NCBI GenBank assembly: GCA_046723505.1
Contig: JBKOUS010000092.1
Location: 1 to 63,540 of the forward strand
From: Actinomycetota bacterium
GTDB taxonomy: Bacteria; Actinomycetota; Actinomycetes; Propionibacteriales; Propionibacteriaceae
Reading direction: 5' to 3'
DNA: 63,540 nucleotides
How positions within the stretch are numbered: the first letter of the stretch is position 1; each line of letters starts with the position of its first letter. Under the pieces are notes generated by a model that did not search any database, was not told the origin of the DNA, and worked only from the letters and a program-made list of their open reading frames with translations. The position numbers and the translations under genes are program-made. This document shows positions 32,144 to 43,103 of the stretch, piece by piece.

Positions 32144-32947
32144 GTGGGTGCCTTAGAAGACATCATCGCCGGAGTCCGAGAGGATCTGGCGGTTCAGCAG
32201 ACCCGAGTTCCACTGGACCGATTGAAGGAGAGATGTCAGCACATCGACCCGGCCATCGATCCGATGCCGAGGTTCCGCGGTCCGGGAGTCGCGGTGATCG
32301 CCGAGGTCAAACGCTCCAGCCCCAGCAGGGGCTCACTGGCTGAAATCGCCGATCCGGCTGCGCTTGCGGTCGAGTACGAGGCGGGTGGCGCGGCCGCGAT
32401 ATCAGTACTGACCGAACAGCGGCACTTCGCGGGGACGTTGGATGATCTTGTCCGGGTACGCTGCGCGGTGAGCATTCCCGTTCTCCGCAAGGATTTCGTG
32501 GTGACTGCATACCAGCTGTTCGAGGCACGAGCCGCGGGCGCTGACCTGGTGTTGTTGATCGTTGCGGCGCTGTCGGACTCGGAACTGGTCTCCCTCGTCG
32601 AGCGGGCTCGCTCAATCGGGTTGACCCCGCTGGTCGAGGTTCATACTGCCGATGAGGTACGTCGGGCGGTGGATGCCGGCGCCACGATAATCGGTGTCAA
32701 CGCCCGCAACCTGCAGACGCTGAAGGTCGAGCCGTCGACCTTCAGCCGGCTGGCGCCGCTCATTCCCGACCCCATTGTCCGGATAGCGGAGTCCGGCGTA
32801 CGCGGACCGCATGATGTGATCGACTTGGCGCGGGCCGGAGCTGATGTAGTGCTAGTCGGAGAGGCCCTGGTGACGGGCCGGGATCCGCGCAGCGGAGTGG
32901 CAGACCTGGTGGCCGCGGGGGCGCACCCGGCGGTGCACAAGTCTTAG
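32144..32947 (+). CDS. trpC: Indole-3-glycerol phosphate synthase
   Basis: [34 protein letters not shown]. Confidence 0.95.
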   Translation: MGALEDIIAGVREDLAVQQTRVPLDRLKERCQHIDPAIDPMPRFRGPGVAVIAEVKRSSPSRGSLAEIADPAALAVEYEAGGAAAISVLTEQRHFAGTLDDLVRVRCAVSIPVLRKDFVVTAYQLFEARAAGADLVLLIVAALSDSELVSLVERARSIGLTPLVEVHTADEVRRAVDAGATIIGVNARNLQTLKVEPSTFSRLAPLIPDPIVRIAESGVRGPHDVIDLARAGADVVLVGEALVTGRDPRSGVADLVAAGAHPAVHKS

Positions 32948-32997
32948 GCCGTGTCCGGTCATCTCAAGCGCGCATCTCAGAGTAAGGAATCAGAGCT

Positions 32998-34323
32998 GTG
33001 TCAAGGCAGTCCGCCGTGACCTCGGAGCTGCCGCTGGCCGCTGGTGGCTCCCTGCCCGATGCAAGCGGCCATTTCGACAAGTTTGGCGGCAGGTTCGTAC
33101 CTGAGGCGCTGTTCGCAGCGTTGCTGCAGCTGGAGCGAGAATTCCACGCGGCAGTGGCCGATCCGGATTTCACGACTGAGCTGGGCGAGCTGTTGGCCGA
33201 CTACACGGGCCGCCCGAGCCCCATCACCGAGGCCAAACGGTTCAGCGAGCACGCCGCTGCAACACCGTCTGGACAGACGCCGGTCATCGTGTTGAAGCGA
33301 GAGGACCTGAACCACACAGGCTCGCACAAGATCAACAATGTGCTCGGCCAGGCATTGCTCACACGCCGGATGGGGAAGACGCGGGTGATCGCGGAGACCG
33401 GTGCCGGTCAACATGGGGTTGCCACTGCCACCGCCGCCGCTCTGTTCGGGCTCGACTGCACGGTCTACATGGGCAGGATCGACACCGAGCGGCAGGCCCT
33501 GAACGTCGCCCGGATGCGATTGCTGGGTGCTGAGGTGATCGCGGTCGAGTCTGGTACGCAGACTTTGAAGGACGCGATGAACGACGCCATGCGCGACTGG
33601 GTCGCCTCCGTCGACCACACTCACTACCTGATTGGCAGTGTCGCCGGCCCGCACCCCTTCCCGCTACTGGTCCGTGAGTTTCAGCGGGTGATCAGTACCG
33701 AGGCTCGGGCCCAGCTTTTGGAGCGCTATGGCCGGCTGCCGGATGCGGTCGCCGCATGTGTTGGCGGTGGCTCCAATGCGCTCGGCATCTTCGCCGACTT
33801 CATCCCCGACTCTGATGTCGCACTGTATGGCTTCGAGGCCGGTGGTGAGGGCATCGAGACAGGACGGCACGCGGCCACCATCTCGGCGGGCGAGATCGGC
33901 GTGCTGCACGGCATGCGGACTTTCGTGCTGCAAGACGAGGATGGGCAAACCAAGGCATCCCATTCCATCTCCGCCGGACTGGACTATCCCGGCGTTGGGC
34001 CCGAGCACTCCTGGCTTCACCAGGTTGGCCGCGCCCAGTACGAAGCGATCACCGATGCTGAGGCAATGGATGCTTTCCGGCTGCTGTCACGCACTGAAGG
34101 GATTGTCCCGGCGATCGAGTCGGCGCATGCCCTTGCTGGAGCGCTCAAGCTGGGTCCTCGTCTGCCGACCGGCAAGGTTGGCGACCGGCCGTTGATCTTG
34201 GTCAACCTTTCCGGCCGCGGCGACAAGGACGTGGATACCGCGATCAGCTGGTTCGGCCTGAACACCGCCGGTACGGCATCGGAGTCCGCTGGTGGCCCGA
34301 CCGGCAGCGGACTCGAACGGTGA
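32998..34323 (+). CDS. trpB: Tryptophan synthase beta chain
   Basis: [46 protein letters not shown]. Confidence 0.97.
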   Translation: MSRQSAVTSELPLAAGGSLPDASGHFDKFGGRFVPEALFAALLQLEREFHAAVADPDFTTELGELLADYTGRPSPITEAKRFSEHAAATPSGQTPVIVLKREDLNHTGSHKINNVLGQALLTRRMGKTRVIAETGAGQHGVATATAAALFGLDCTVYMGRIDTERQALNVARMRLLGAEVIAVESGTQTLKDAMNDAMRDWVASVDHTHYLIGSVAGPHPFPLLVREFQRVISTEARAQLLERYGRLPDAVAACVGGGSNALGIFADFIPDSDVALYGFEAGGEGIETGRHAATISAGEIGVLHGMRTFVLQDEDGQTKASHSISAGLDYPGVGPEHSWLHQVGRAQYEAITDAEAMDAFRLLSRTEGIVPAIESAHALAGALKLGPRLPTGKVGDRPLILVNLSGRGDKDVDTAISWFGLNTAGTASESAGGPTGSGLER

Positions 34324-35228
34324 GCATCGATCCTGGGCACACGGGGCGGCTGCTGCTCCAAGTCCGAGCACAGGGTCGCGGAGGGCTGGCGGGATTCCTT
34401 CACGTCGGCTACCCGACGGTGGATATCTCGCTGCAGGCCCTGGACGCGCTCACCGGAGAGGGTGAGGCTGAGGGCGTCGATCTCGTCGAAGTTGGCCTGC
34501 CGTACAGCGATCCGATGATGGACGGGGTGACGATCCAGCGCGCCGGAACCAAGGCGCTGCAGCGAGGCGTACGGACCCGGGACGCGTTTACGGCGGTGGA
34601 AACTGTGACGAATCGCGGCGTCCCGGCGGTGGTGATGACGTACTGGAACCTTGTCGAACGGTATGGCGCCGACCGTTTCGCGCGCGATCTTGCCTCCGCT
34701 GGGGGAGCGGGAATGATCACCCCGGACCTCACCCCGAATGAGGCGGAGGAGTGGCTCGCGGCTTCTGATGCGCACGGCCTGGACCGAATCTTCTTGGTCT
34801 CGCCTTCCTCGACCGACGAGCGACTCAGATCGACCGTGGCGGCCTGCCGCGGGTGGGTCTACGCCACCTCGTTGATGGGTGTTACCGGCACCCGGGCGCA
34901 GACCTCAGCGGCCGCTCCTGAGCTGGTGCGACGGGTGCGGGAGGTGGAGCCGTCTGCCCTTGTCGGAGTCGGGCTAGGCGTATCCAATGGCGAGCAAGCG
35001 CGCGAGGTGACCAATTTCGCTGATCTGGTAATTGTCGGTTCCGCGCTGGTCAAGGCGCTGCTGGATGCCGAAGACGCGGGACATCCAGAGGATCTGCGCG
35101 GACTGCGCACCGTCGTCGCTGATCTTGCCGCTGGCGTACGCGCCAGCCGGGGCGAGCGCGATCGTGACCATTCACCTGTGGCGAAATCGGGAACTTCGCA
35201 GAGATCGCCAGGGTTAGTCGGGACGTGA
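34320..35228 (+). CDS. trpA: Tryptophan synthase alpha chain
   Basis: [29 protein letters not shown]. Confidence 0.96.
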   Translation: MSIDPGHTGRLLLQVRAQGRGGLAGFLHVGYPTVDISLQALDALTGEGEAEGVDLVEVGLPYSDPMMDGVTIQRAGTKALQRGVRTRDAFTAVETVTNRGVPAVVMTYWNLVERYGADRFARDLASAGGAGMITPDLTPNEAEEWLAASDAHGLDRIFLVSPSSTDERLRSTVAACRGWVYATSLMGVTGTRAQTSAAAPELVRRVREVEPSALVGVGLGVSNGEQAREVTNFADLVIVGSALVKALLDAEDAGHPEDLRGLRTVVADLAAGVRASRGERDRDHSPVAKSGTSQRSPGLVGT

Positions 35229-35920
35229 GCGGTACCGTACGCTCCGGCAGCACAAGGTCGGCGATCGCGGCTTCAGACATGGCACGGCTGAGCGTCGTGA
35301 CCTGGTCGCTGCTGGCGGTTGGAGTACTGCTGCTGATCTCTGGCTGTACACCGGCGCCGACTGCGCCGACCTTTCAACGCAACCCCGATCCGGGCGGGTA
35401 CACCGGCGGATCCTCACTACCGAAGCCGTATTCGATGCCTGAGGTCTCCCTCACCGACACGTCGGGACGGCCATACAACCTCGCCACGACCCCGTCCAAG
35501 CCGGTGACCCTGCTGTTCTTCGGCTACACCCATTGCCCGGACGTTTGTCTTGCAGTGCTTTCTGATGTGTCGCTGGCTCTGCAGCGACTGCCATCGGCTG
35601 ATCGAGACCAGATCCAGCTGATCTTCATCACGACGGATCCCGCCCGCGACAATGAGAAGCGGATCCGGCTCTATCTCGATCGGTTCAATCCCACCTTTGT
35701 GGGGCTCACCGGCCCGATGTCGACGATAAAGCGCGCCGCAAGCGAGGTGGGTGTAGAGATCGAAGGGCTGAAGAAGCTTCCGAGCGGCGGTTATGAGGTA
35801 GGACACTCAGCGCAGGTGATCGGATTCAACCGCAACTCCGGAGTGGTGATTTGGACGCCAGGCACGCCGGTCGGGGCGCTGAAACAGGACTTTGCTCTGC
35901 TGGTGGAACAGTCACGTTGA
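35225..35920 (+). CDS. SCO1/SenC family copper-binding lipoprotein
   Basis: Lipobox LLISGC; FFGYTHCPDVC, DPARD, YEVGHS. An alternative start exists at 35279. Confidence 0.9.
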   Translation: MSGTVRSGSTRSAIAASDMARLSVVTWSLLAVGVLLLISGCTPAPTAPTFQRNPDPGGYTGGSSLPKPYSMPEVSLTDTSGRPYNLATTPSKPVTLLFFGYTHCPDVCLAVLSDVSLALQRLPSADRDQIQLIFITTDPARDNEKRIRLYLDRFNPTFVGLTGPMSTIKRAASEVGVEIEGLKKLPSGGYEVGHSAQVIGFNRNSGVVIWTPGTPVGALKQDFALLVEQSR

Positions 35921-36399
35921 GCGTTCCCACTGCTACCGGACCGCGGCATGCCGCGGCTGCCCGCTGGATATCCACCGGGGCGCGATTCGTGCTCGGAGGT
36001 GTGTTCGTGGTAGCTGGAGTGCTCAAGGCTGTCGATCCGCAGTCATCGGTGGCAGCAGTGGGTGCTTACCAGCTATTGCCAGCCTCCCTCGCGACCATCG
36101 TCGGATGGGGCCTGCCGTTCGCCGAAATCGCTTTAGGCCTGTTGCTGCTCGCTGGAATCGCCACCCGAGCAGTCGCCGCAGCGGCCGCGACGCTGCTCGT
36201 GATCTTCATCGCTGGCGTGATGTCCGCTGCGGCGCGACGCCTGAGCATCGACTGCGGCTGCTTCGGTGGTGGGGGTGCCGTGGCACCAGGTCAGACGGCC
36301 TACGGCACGGAAGTGGTTCGCGACACATGTCTGCTACTGCTGGCTTTCTGGCTGATATGGCGACCTCGCAGCAGGCTCACGCTGGATCCGAGAACATGA
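35917..36399 (+). CDS. MauE/DoxX family redox-associated membrane protein
   Basis: ARFVLG..AGVLK, LPFAEIALG, IDCGCFG, VRD. Confidence 0.85.
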   Translation: MSVPTATGPRHAAAARWISTGARFVLGGVFVVAGVLKAVDPQSSVAAVGAYQLLPASLATIVGWGLPFAEIALGLLLLAGIATRAVAAAAATLLVIFIAGVMSAAARRLSIDCGCFGGGGAVAPGQTAYGTEVVRDTCLLLLAFWLIWRPRSRLTLDPRT

Positions 36400-37109
36400 A
36401 CGCCCGTGAGCGTGCCCGGCTGGCTGCTGAGCAAGCTGCAGCCCGCAAGCGCGACCAGCGCATCCTGATGGCGATGATCGCAGGCTTCGTATTGGTCGCG
36501 GTGGCCGCTGGAATCGGGTTCCAGGCCTGGCGTACCAGCCGATCGCCATCGGTCGCACCCTCCAGCTCGGCATCGGCCAGTCCGGTCACCATCACCAACG
36601 GACAGCCGATCGTTCTCGGCCAGTCGCAGGGGGCAGCGACGATTACTTTGTACGAGGACTTCCACTGCCCGCACTGCGCCGAGTTCGAGGAGCAGTTCGG
36701 GCCAGTCAACACGCAAGCTCAACAAAGTGGGGCGGCCCGGGTCGAGCTTTATCCAATGGCTTTCATCGATGACGGCTCGGCGGCCGCCGCCAACGCAATG
36801 GCCTGTGCGGCTGAAGCAGGCTTTGGCCAGAACTATTATCGTGGTCTGTTTGCCAACCACACGTTGCAATGGAGCGATGAGCAGCTGATCGAGCTCGCAG
36901 CCAAGGTTGGCGGATCACCCACGGCGGCGTTCCAGACTTGCGTGACGAGCAAGGCACATGCCGACTGGGTGTCCTCGATCGATGCTGTCGCGGAAAAGAA
37001 CGGAGTTACCGCGACGCCGACCATGTTGATCAACGGGGAGCCGGTTGATATCACCAATCTGACCCCTGAGGTGCTGCAAACGATGATCACTAGTGCGGCG
37101 CAGAAATAG
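36396..37109 (+). CDS. DsbA-like thioredoxin-fold protein, membrane anchored
   Basis: YEDFHCPHC, GVTATPT; N-terminal transmembrane helix. Confidence 0.88.
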   Translation: MNARERARLAAEQAAARKRDQRILMAMIAGFVLVAVAAGIGFQAWRTSRSPSVAPSSSASASPVTITNGQPIVLGQSQGAATITLYEDFHCPHCAEFEEQFGPVNTQAQQSGAARVELYPMAFIDDGSAAAANAMACAAEAGFGQNYYRGLFANHTLQWSDEQLIELAAKVGGSPTAAFQTCVTSKAHADWVSSIDAVAEKNGVTATPTMLINGEPVDITNLTPEVLQTMITSAAQK

Positions 37110-37193
37110 CCAAGGTGCTGCAGGCATCCTTGACTAACGTAGGGTTGCCGGCACGGTCGTGAGGGAAGGAAGAGTAGGCGTCATGGGGACACA

Positions 37194-38162
37194 GTGGTGA
37201 CGGACAGGTGGGCGTCCGCCGTCTTGTCCATCCCCAGCCCTGGCACGAACATCTGGTACATCGGTACATTTCCGCTCCGCGCGTACGCGCTGTGCATCAT
37301 TGCCGGGATCATCGTCGCCCTGATCATCGCGACGCGGCGGTGGCAAGCCCGTGGCGGCACGGCCGACAGCATGGAGCTGATGGTCGTGGTTGGCGTGCCC
37401 TTCGGGATAGTCGGTGCGCGTCTCTATCACGTGATCACCGACTACCAGCTCTACTTCGGCCCAGGCCGGCAGCCGTTGGATGCACTGAAGATCTGGCAAG
37501 GAGGCCTCGGGGTCTGGGGAGCCATCGCGTTAGGTGTTCTCGGCGGCTACCTCGTGGCACGGCGTCGCAGGATTGCCTTCCCCGCTGTACTCGATGCCAT
37601 CGCACCGGCAATCCTGGTGGCGCAAGCGATCGGCCGGCTCGGCAACTGGTTCAACCAGGAGCTGTTCGGCCGTCCGACCACATTGCCGTGGGCACTGCAG
37701 ATCGCACCGCAGTATCGGCCAACCGGCTACGAGCAGTACGCCACGTTTCATCCGACGTTCCTGTACGAGATGCTCTGGTGCCTTGCCGCCGCTGTCTTGC
37801 TGGTCTGGCTGGACCGACGGTTCCGGCTCGGGCACGGCAAAGTGTTCGCGCTCTACGTGCTGCTTTACACCAGCGGTCGGTTCTGGATCGAGACGCTGCG
37901 GATCGACGCCGTCAACGAAATCGGTGGATTCCGACTCAATAACTACACCTCGCTGATCGTGTTCCTCGTCGCGCTCGTGTGGCTGATCTGGCTGATTCGC
38001 AACAGGCCAGGTCGGGAGGAGATTGTCGAGGGCATCGGGCTGAGCGTTGAATCTGTCGCCCTAGACGGCGCAAGCGAGACATCGTCCACCGACGATGCGG
38101 TTGCGCCAGAAGACTCACCGAGCAAGGAGATTGCCAGCCCAGCATCGACCACAGACCCCTGA
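37194..38162 (+). CDS. lgt: Prolipoprotein diacylglyceryl transferase
   Basis: GARLYHV, GGL, QAIGRLGNWFNQELFG, HPTFLYE. Confidence 0.95.
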   Translation: MVTDRWASAVLSIPSPGTNIWYIGTFPLRAYALCIIAGIIVALIIATRRWQARGGTADSMELMVVVGVPFGIVGARLYHVITDYQLYFGPGRQPLDALKIWQGGLGVWGAIALGVLGGYLVARRRRIAFPAVLDAIAPAILVAQAIGRLGNWFNQELFGRPTTLPWALQIAPQYRPTGYEQYATFHPTFLYEMLWCLAAAVLLVWLDRRFRLGHGKVFALYVLLYTSGRFWIETLRIDAVNEIGGFRLNNYTSLIVFLVALVWLIWLIRNRPGREEIVEGIGLSVESVALDGASETSSTDDAVAPEDSPSKEIASPASTTDP

Positions 38163-38389
38163 TTTCTCTGCTTGCGCGGTGGCGTGGAAGCTGTTGCCTA
38201 TCGGCGCTCGCAGAGCAGTTTCACGTTCCAGGATCCTGGCTGGGTGCGTTACCCTTTGCTTCAACTTTGGGCCAATGTTGTCCCGCAAGCTCTGTAGCGC
38301 GCACTCTTTGCCCCGAAGCCGTGCCGCTCAGCCGTGACCCGTGGCAGAGGCCCCGACTCTGCTAGTGGCTGGACGACGGGAGTTTGTTC

Positions 38390-41300
38390 ATGACAACTGG
38401 TCATGCCCTTTCGAGGGTCCGCAAGGCAGAGGGCCTCTACGATCCGGCGTTCGAACACGATTCGTGCGGCGTCGCTTTTGTCGCGACCCTCACCGGAGTC
38501 GCCAGCCACGACATCATCAGCAAGGGCCTGGAAGCGTTGCGCAACCTGGACCATCGCGGCGCGGTTGGTGCAGACCCGAAAACTGGGGACGGCGCCGGCA
38601 TGTTGCTGCAGATCCCCGATGGTTTCCTCCGCGGCGAGGTGGATTTCGTACTCCCCCCACAGGGCGAGTACGCGGTCGGCAACGCATTCCTTCCCACTGA
38701 CCCCGAACTGGCCGCTAAGGCCAAGGCCAGTATTGAGCAGATCGCATCGGAGGAGAATCTGTCGATCCTCGGCTGGCGTCGGGTGCCCACCAACGACTCC
38801 ACGCTCAGCAACCTCACCAGGTCTAACATGCCCTACTTCGAGCAGCTGTTCCTCGCTGCGACGGGCGCCCCACTTATGGGAATAGCGTTGGACCGACTGG
38901 CCTACTGCTTGCGCCGCAGGGTCCAGCACGAGACTGGCATCTACTTCCCGTCCCTGTCGTGCCGCACCATCGTTTACAAAGGCATGCTGACCACCGCACA
39001 GTTGCCGCAGGTCTTCCCGGAGTTGCTGGATGAGCGGATGGCGAGCGCACTCGTGGTGGTTCATTCGCGCTTCTCCACCAACACCTTCCCGGCCTGGGAG
39101 CTGGCCCATCCGTTCCGGATGATCGCCCACAACGGAGAGATCAACACCGTGATGGGAAATCGCAACTGGATGCGTGCCCGTGAGGCCTTGCTTGCCAGCG
39201 ATGTCATTCCCGGCGACCTGGAGCGCTTGTTTCCGATTTGTACACCTGACGCGTCGGACTCCGCGTCATTCGATGAGGTAGTGGAGCTGCTGCACCTTGG
39301 TGGGCGCTCGCTGCCGCACGCCATGCTCATGATGATTCCCGAGGCCTGGGAGAACAACCCGCAGATGGATCAGGCCCGGCGGGAGTTCTACGCTTTCCAC
39401 TCCTGCCTGATGGAGCCCTGGGACGGGCCTGCTGGAGTGGTGTTCACCGACGGCACCGTGGTTGGCGGCGTGCTGGATCGCAACGGCCTGCGTCCCGGAC
39501 GTTTTTGGGTTACCGAGGGTGGCTTGGTGGTGCTGGCCTCAGAGGCCGGGGTGCTAGACATCCCGCAGGACAAGATCGTGCGGAAGGGCCGACTGCAGCC
39601 TGGCCGGATGTTTCTTGTTGATCTTGACCAGCATCGGATCGTGTCTGACGAGGAGATCAAGGCCGAGCTCGCCGTGGCCGCGCCGTACGGTGAGTGGCTC
39701 GTCGGAGGCAGGATCCTGCTGGCCGACCTGCCCGATAGGGAGCATGTGGTCCACACCCATGCCTCAGTCACTCGTCGTCAGCAGGTTTTCGGCTACACCG
39801 AAGAGGAGTTGCGGCTGATCTTGGCACCGATGGCCTCCACTGGTGTCGAGCCGCTCGGTTCCATGGGCACCGACACACCATTAGCGGCACTGAGTGACAA
39901 GCCACGGCTACTGTTCGACTACTTCGCTCAGCTCTTTGCGCAAGTGACCAACCCCCCGTTGGATGCGATCCGCGAAGAACTGGTGACTTCGCTGTACAAC
40001 ACCATCGGTCCAGAATGTAACCTTCTTGACCCCAGCCCAGCGTCATGTCGACGGTTGGTGCTGCCGTTCCCGGTGCTGGATGACGATGCACTGAGCAAGA
40101 TCGTCAAGATCAATCGTGAGGGCGACCTGCCCGGTTACCAGACCTACGTGGCCCGCGGTCTGTACGAAGTGAACGGGGGAGCTGCCGCCCTGACCGCCAG
40201 GCTTGAGGAGCTCTGCGCCGAGATTTCCGCGGCGATCACCGATGGCGCCAGAATCATTCTGCTGTCCGACCGGCACTCCAATGCCGAGCAGGCCCCGATT
40301 CCCTCGCTGCTGTTCACCGCGGCTGTGCACCACCATCTGGTCCGCGAGAAGACACGGACGCAAGTCGGGTTGATTGTGGAGGCAGGCGACGTACGGGAGG
40401 TGCATCACGTCGCGTTGCTCATCGGTTACGGCGCCGCAGCGGTGAATCCGTACCTGGCCATCGAGTCGGTTGAGGATTTGGCGCGGCACCAGGTCTATAC
40501 CAACGTCGAGCCGGAGAAGGCAGTCAGCAATGTCATCAAAGCGCTCGGCAAAGGCGTGCTCAAGGTAATGAGCAAGATGGGTGTCTCGACCGTGGCCTCT
40601 TACACCGGCGCCCAGATCTTCGAGGCGCTCGGCCTTTCCCGAGAGGTGGTCGACCGCTACTTCACCGGCACGACGAGCAAGCTCGGTGGGGTGACTCTGG
40701 AACAGATCGCGGAGGAGGTGCGCAGGCGGCATCTCACGGCGTACCCGAGCGACGGCATCCCGCTGGCCCATAGGTTGCTGCTTGTCGGCGGTGAGTACCA
40801 GTGGCGCCGCGAGGGCGAACCGCACCTGTTCGACCCAGAGACGGTCTTTCGTCTGCAGCACTCAACCCGCTCCGGGCGCTACGACATCTTCAAGCAGTAC
40901 ACCCATCACATCGATGGGCAGTCTGAGCGGCTGATGACTTTGCGTGGGCTGCTGAAGTTTGCTTCCGATCGCCCGCCGATTCCGATTGAGAAAGTTGAGC
41001 CGGTGAGCGAGATCGTCAAACGCTTCTCCACTGGTGCTATGTCGTACGGCTCCATCAGCAAAGAGGCGCACGAGACGCTGGCGATCGCCATGAACAGAAT
41101 TGGCGGCAAGTCGAACACCGGTGAAGGCGGGGAAGACAAGGACCGCCTCTACGATCAGGAGCGGCGCAGCGCGATCAAGCAAGTCGCTTCGGGCCGCTTC
41201 GGCGTCACCTCGGATTACCTCACGAATGCCAGCGATCTCCAGATCAAGATGGCCCAGGGCGCCAAGCCCGGGGAGGGGGGCCAGCTGCCGGGCCAGAAGG

Positions 41301-42928
41301 TCTATCCGTGGATCGCCAAGACGCGGCATTCCACGCCTGGGGTGGGACTCATCTCGCCGCCGCCACACCACGACATCTACTCGATCGAGGATCTCAAGCA
41401 GCTTATCCACGACTTGAAGTGCTCCAACCCGTCCGCCCGGGTGCACGTCAAGCTGGTCGCCGAGGTGGGCGTCGGTACTGTCGCCGCCGGGGTCGCCAAG
41501 GCCAAGGCGGATGTGGTGCTGATCTCCGGTCACGATGGCGGTACCGGCGCGGCTCCGCTTACTTCGCTGAAGCATGCTGGCGGCCCGTGGGAGCTCGGTC
41601 TCGCCGAAACACAGCAGACCTTGCTGCTGAATGGCCTCCGAGATCGGATCGTGGTGCAAGTCGACGGCCAGCTGAAGACCGGTCGCGACGTGATCATCGG
41701 CGCACTGCTGGGGGCAGAGGAGTTCGGCTTCGCGACCGCACCTCTGGTGGTCAGTGGTTGCATCATGATGCGGGTGTGCCATCTCGACACCTGCCCCGTG
41801 GGGGTGGCCACGCAGAACAAAGAACTGCGTTCGAAGTTCACCGGAAAGCCGGAGTTCGTGATCAACTTCTTCGAGTTCATTGCCGAGGAAGTTCGGGAAC
41901 ATCTTGCAGCGTTGGGTTTCCGATCCCTTGATGAAGCGATCGGCCACGTCGAGGTCCTCGATACCACCCGCGCGGAGGCGCACTGGAAGGCACACGGTCT
42001 AGATCTCCGGCCGATCTTGCACAAGCCGGAGCTCCCCGAGGGAACGGCGCTGCACAATCTCACGATTCAAGATCACGGGATAGCCGAGGCGCTGGACCAG
42101 GAGTTGATCAGGATCTGCCGGCCGGCACTGGAGACGGGTGAGGCCATTCGCGCCTCCCTTCCGATCCACAACGTGGATCGGACGGTGGGAACGATCTTGG
42201 GTCATGAGGTGACGAAAGCCACACGGGGGGAGGGGCTTCCGGATGGCACGATCGACATCACCTTCGAAGGCTCTGCCGGCCAGAGCTTTGGGGCATTCCT
42301 GCCCGCTGGCATAACGCTGCGCCTGGAGGGCGACGCCAACGACTACCTGGCTAAGGGACTTTCTGGTGGCCGCATTGTGGTGCGGCCGGCGCGTGCGGCG
42401 CGGTTCGTCGCGGCAGACAACATCATCGCCGGCAATGTGATCGGGTATGGCGCGACGTCTGGCGAGCTGTTCATCCGGGGGCAGGTCGGCGAACGGTTCT
42501 GCGTCCGCAACTCTGGTGCTATTGCTGTGGTGGAGGGGCTCGGCGATCATGGTTGCGAGTACATGACCGGCGGTGTCGCCGTGGTAATCGGCAAGACCGG
42601 GCGCAATGTCGCGGCCGGTATGTCGGGTGGGATTGGTTACTTCCTCGACCTCGACCCGACCCTGCTCAACACCGAGATGGTCGACGCGCTCGTGCCATCC
42701 GATGCCGATCTTGAGTTCCTGAGAAAGCTGATCGTGCGGCATCGCGAGGAGACGGGCTCCGACGTCGCCGTGCCGTTGCTGGCCGACTGGCGCTCAGCCG
42801 CCAGACGCTTCACCAAAGTGTTGCCGCGCGACTATGCGCGTGTCCTCGCTGCTCGGCAAGAAGCCGAGTCAGAGGGGCTCGATGAGGCCAGCACCACCAG
42901 CAAGATGATGGAAGCAGCCCATGGATGA
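38390..42928 (+). CDS. gltB: Glutamate synthase large subunit
   Basis: [59 protein letters not shown]. Confidence 0.98.
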   Translation: MTTGHALSRVRKAEGLYDPAFEHDSCGVAFVATLTGVASHDIISKGLEALRNLDHRGAVGADPKTGDGAGMLLQIPDGFLRGEVDFVLPPQGEYAVGNAFLPTDPELAAKAKASIEQIASEENLSILGWRRVPTNDSTLSNLTRSNMPYFEQLFLAATGAPLMGIALDRLAYCLRRRVQHETGIYFPSLSCRTIVYKGMLTTAQLPQVFPELLDERMASALVVVHSRFSTNTFPAWELAHPFRMIAHNGEINTVMGNRNWMRAREALLASDVIPGDLERLFPICTPDASDSASFDEVVELLHLGGRSLPHAMLMMIPEAWENNPQMDQARREFYAFHSCLMEPWDGPAGVVFTDGTVVGGVLDRNGLRPGRFWVTEGGLVVLASEAGVLDIPQDKIVRKGRLQPGRMFLVDLDQHRIVSDEEIKAELAVAAPYGEWLVGGRILLADLPDREHVVHTHASVTRRQQVFGYTEEELRLILAPMASTGVEPLGSMGTDTPLAALSDKPRLLFDYFAQLFAQVTNPPLDAIREELVTSLYNTIGPECNLLDPSPASCRRLVLPFPVLDDDALSKIVKINREGDLPGYQTYVARGLYEVNGGAAALTARLEELCAEISAAITDGARIILLSDRHSNAEQAPIPSLLFTAAVHHHLVREKTRTQVGLIVEAGDVREVHHVALLIGYGAAAVNPYLAIESVEDLARHQVYTNVEPEKAVSNVIKALGKGVLKVMSKMGVSTVASYTGAQIFEALGLSREVVDRYFTGTTSKLGGVTLEQIAEEVRRRHLTAYPSDGIPLAHRLLLVGGEYQWRREGEPHLFDPETVFRLQHSTRSGRYDIFKQYTHHIDGQSERLMTLRGLLKFASDRPPIPIEKVEPVSEIVKRFSTGAMSYGSISKEAHETLAIAMNRIGGKSNTGEGGEDKDRLYDQERRSAIKQVASGRFGVTSDYLTNASDLQIKMAQGAKPGEGGQLPGQKVYPWIAKTRHSTPGVGLISPPPHHDIYSIEDLKQLIHDLKCSNPSARVHVKLVAEVGVGTVAAGVAKAKADVVLISGHDGGTGAAPLTSLKHAGGPWELGLAETQQTLLLNGLRDRIVVQVDGQLKTGRDVIIGALLGAEEFGFATAPLVVSGCIMMRVCHLDTCPVGVATQNKELRSKFTGKPEFVINFFEFIAEEVREHLAALGFRSLDEAIGHVEVLDTTRAEAHWKAHGLDLRPILHKPELPEGTALHNLTIQDHGIAEALDQELIRICRPALETGEAIRASLPIHNVDRTVGTILGHEVTKATRGEGLPDGTIDITFEGSAGQSFGAFLPAGITLRLEGDANDYLAKGLSGGRIVVRPARAARFVAADNIIAGNVIGYGATSGELFIRGQVGERFCVRNSGAIAVVEGLGDHGCEYMTGGVAVVIGKTGRNVAAGMSGGIGYFLDLDPTLLNTEMVDALVPSDADLEFLRKLIVRHREETGSDVAVPLLADWRSAARRFTKVLPRDYARVLAARQEAESEGLDEASTTSKMMEAAHG

Positions 42929-43103
42929 GCTCGTCGCGCCGGTGCTCCACGCTTTGGACCGATCGGCGAAACGCCGTGGTTGGGCTTTGCCGTTAGGTGC
43001 GGTCAGTGCCGAGCAGGATTCAAGCCTCTTAGGTTTCGCCAATCGGTCCAAAGCGTGGAGTACCTTCGCTCCTCTCCAGCTGAAGGGAGTGGAGGATGGC
43101 TGA
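42921..43103 (+). repeat. Palindromic MITE/MIRU-like insertion with a 60-codon mini-ORF between gltB and gltD
   Basis: 32 bp inverted arms at 42941-42972 and 43033-43064 (30/32 identical); ATGG repeated at both ends; the mini-ORF overlaps the gltB stop and the gltD start by 8 nt each. Confidence 0.75.
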
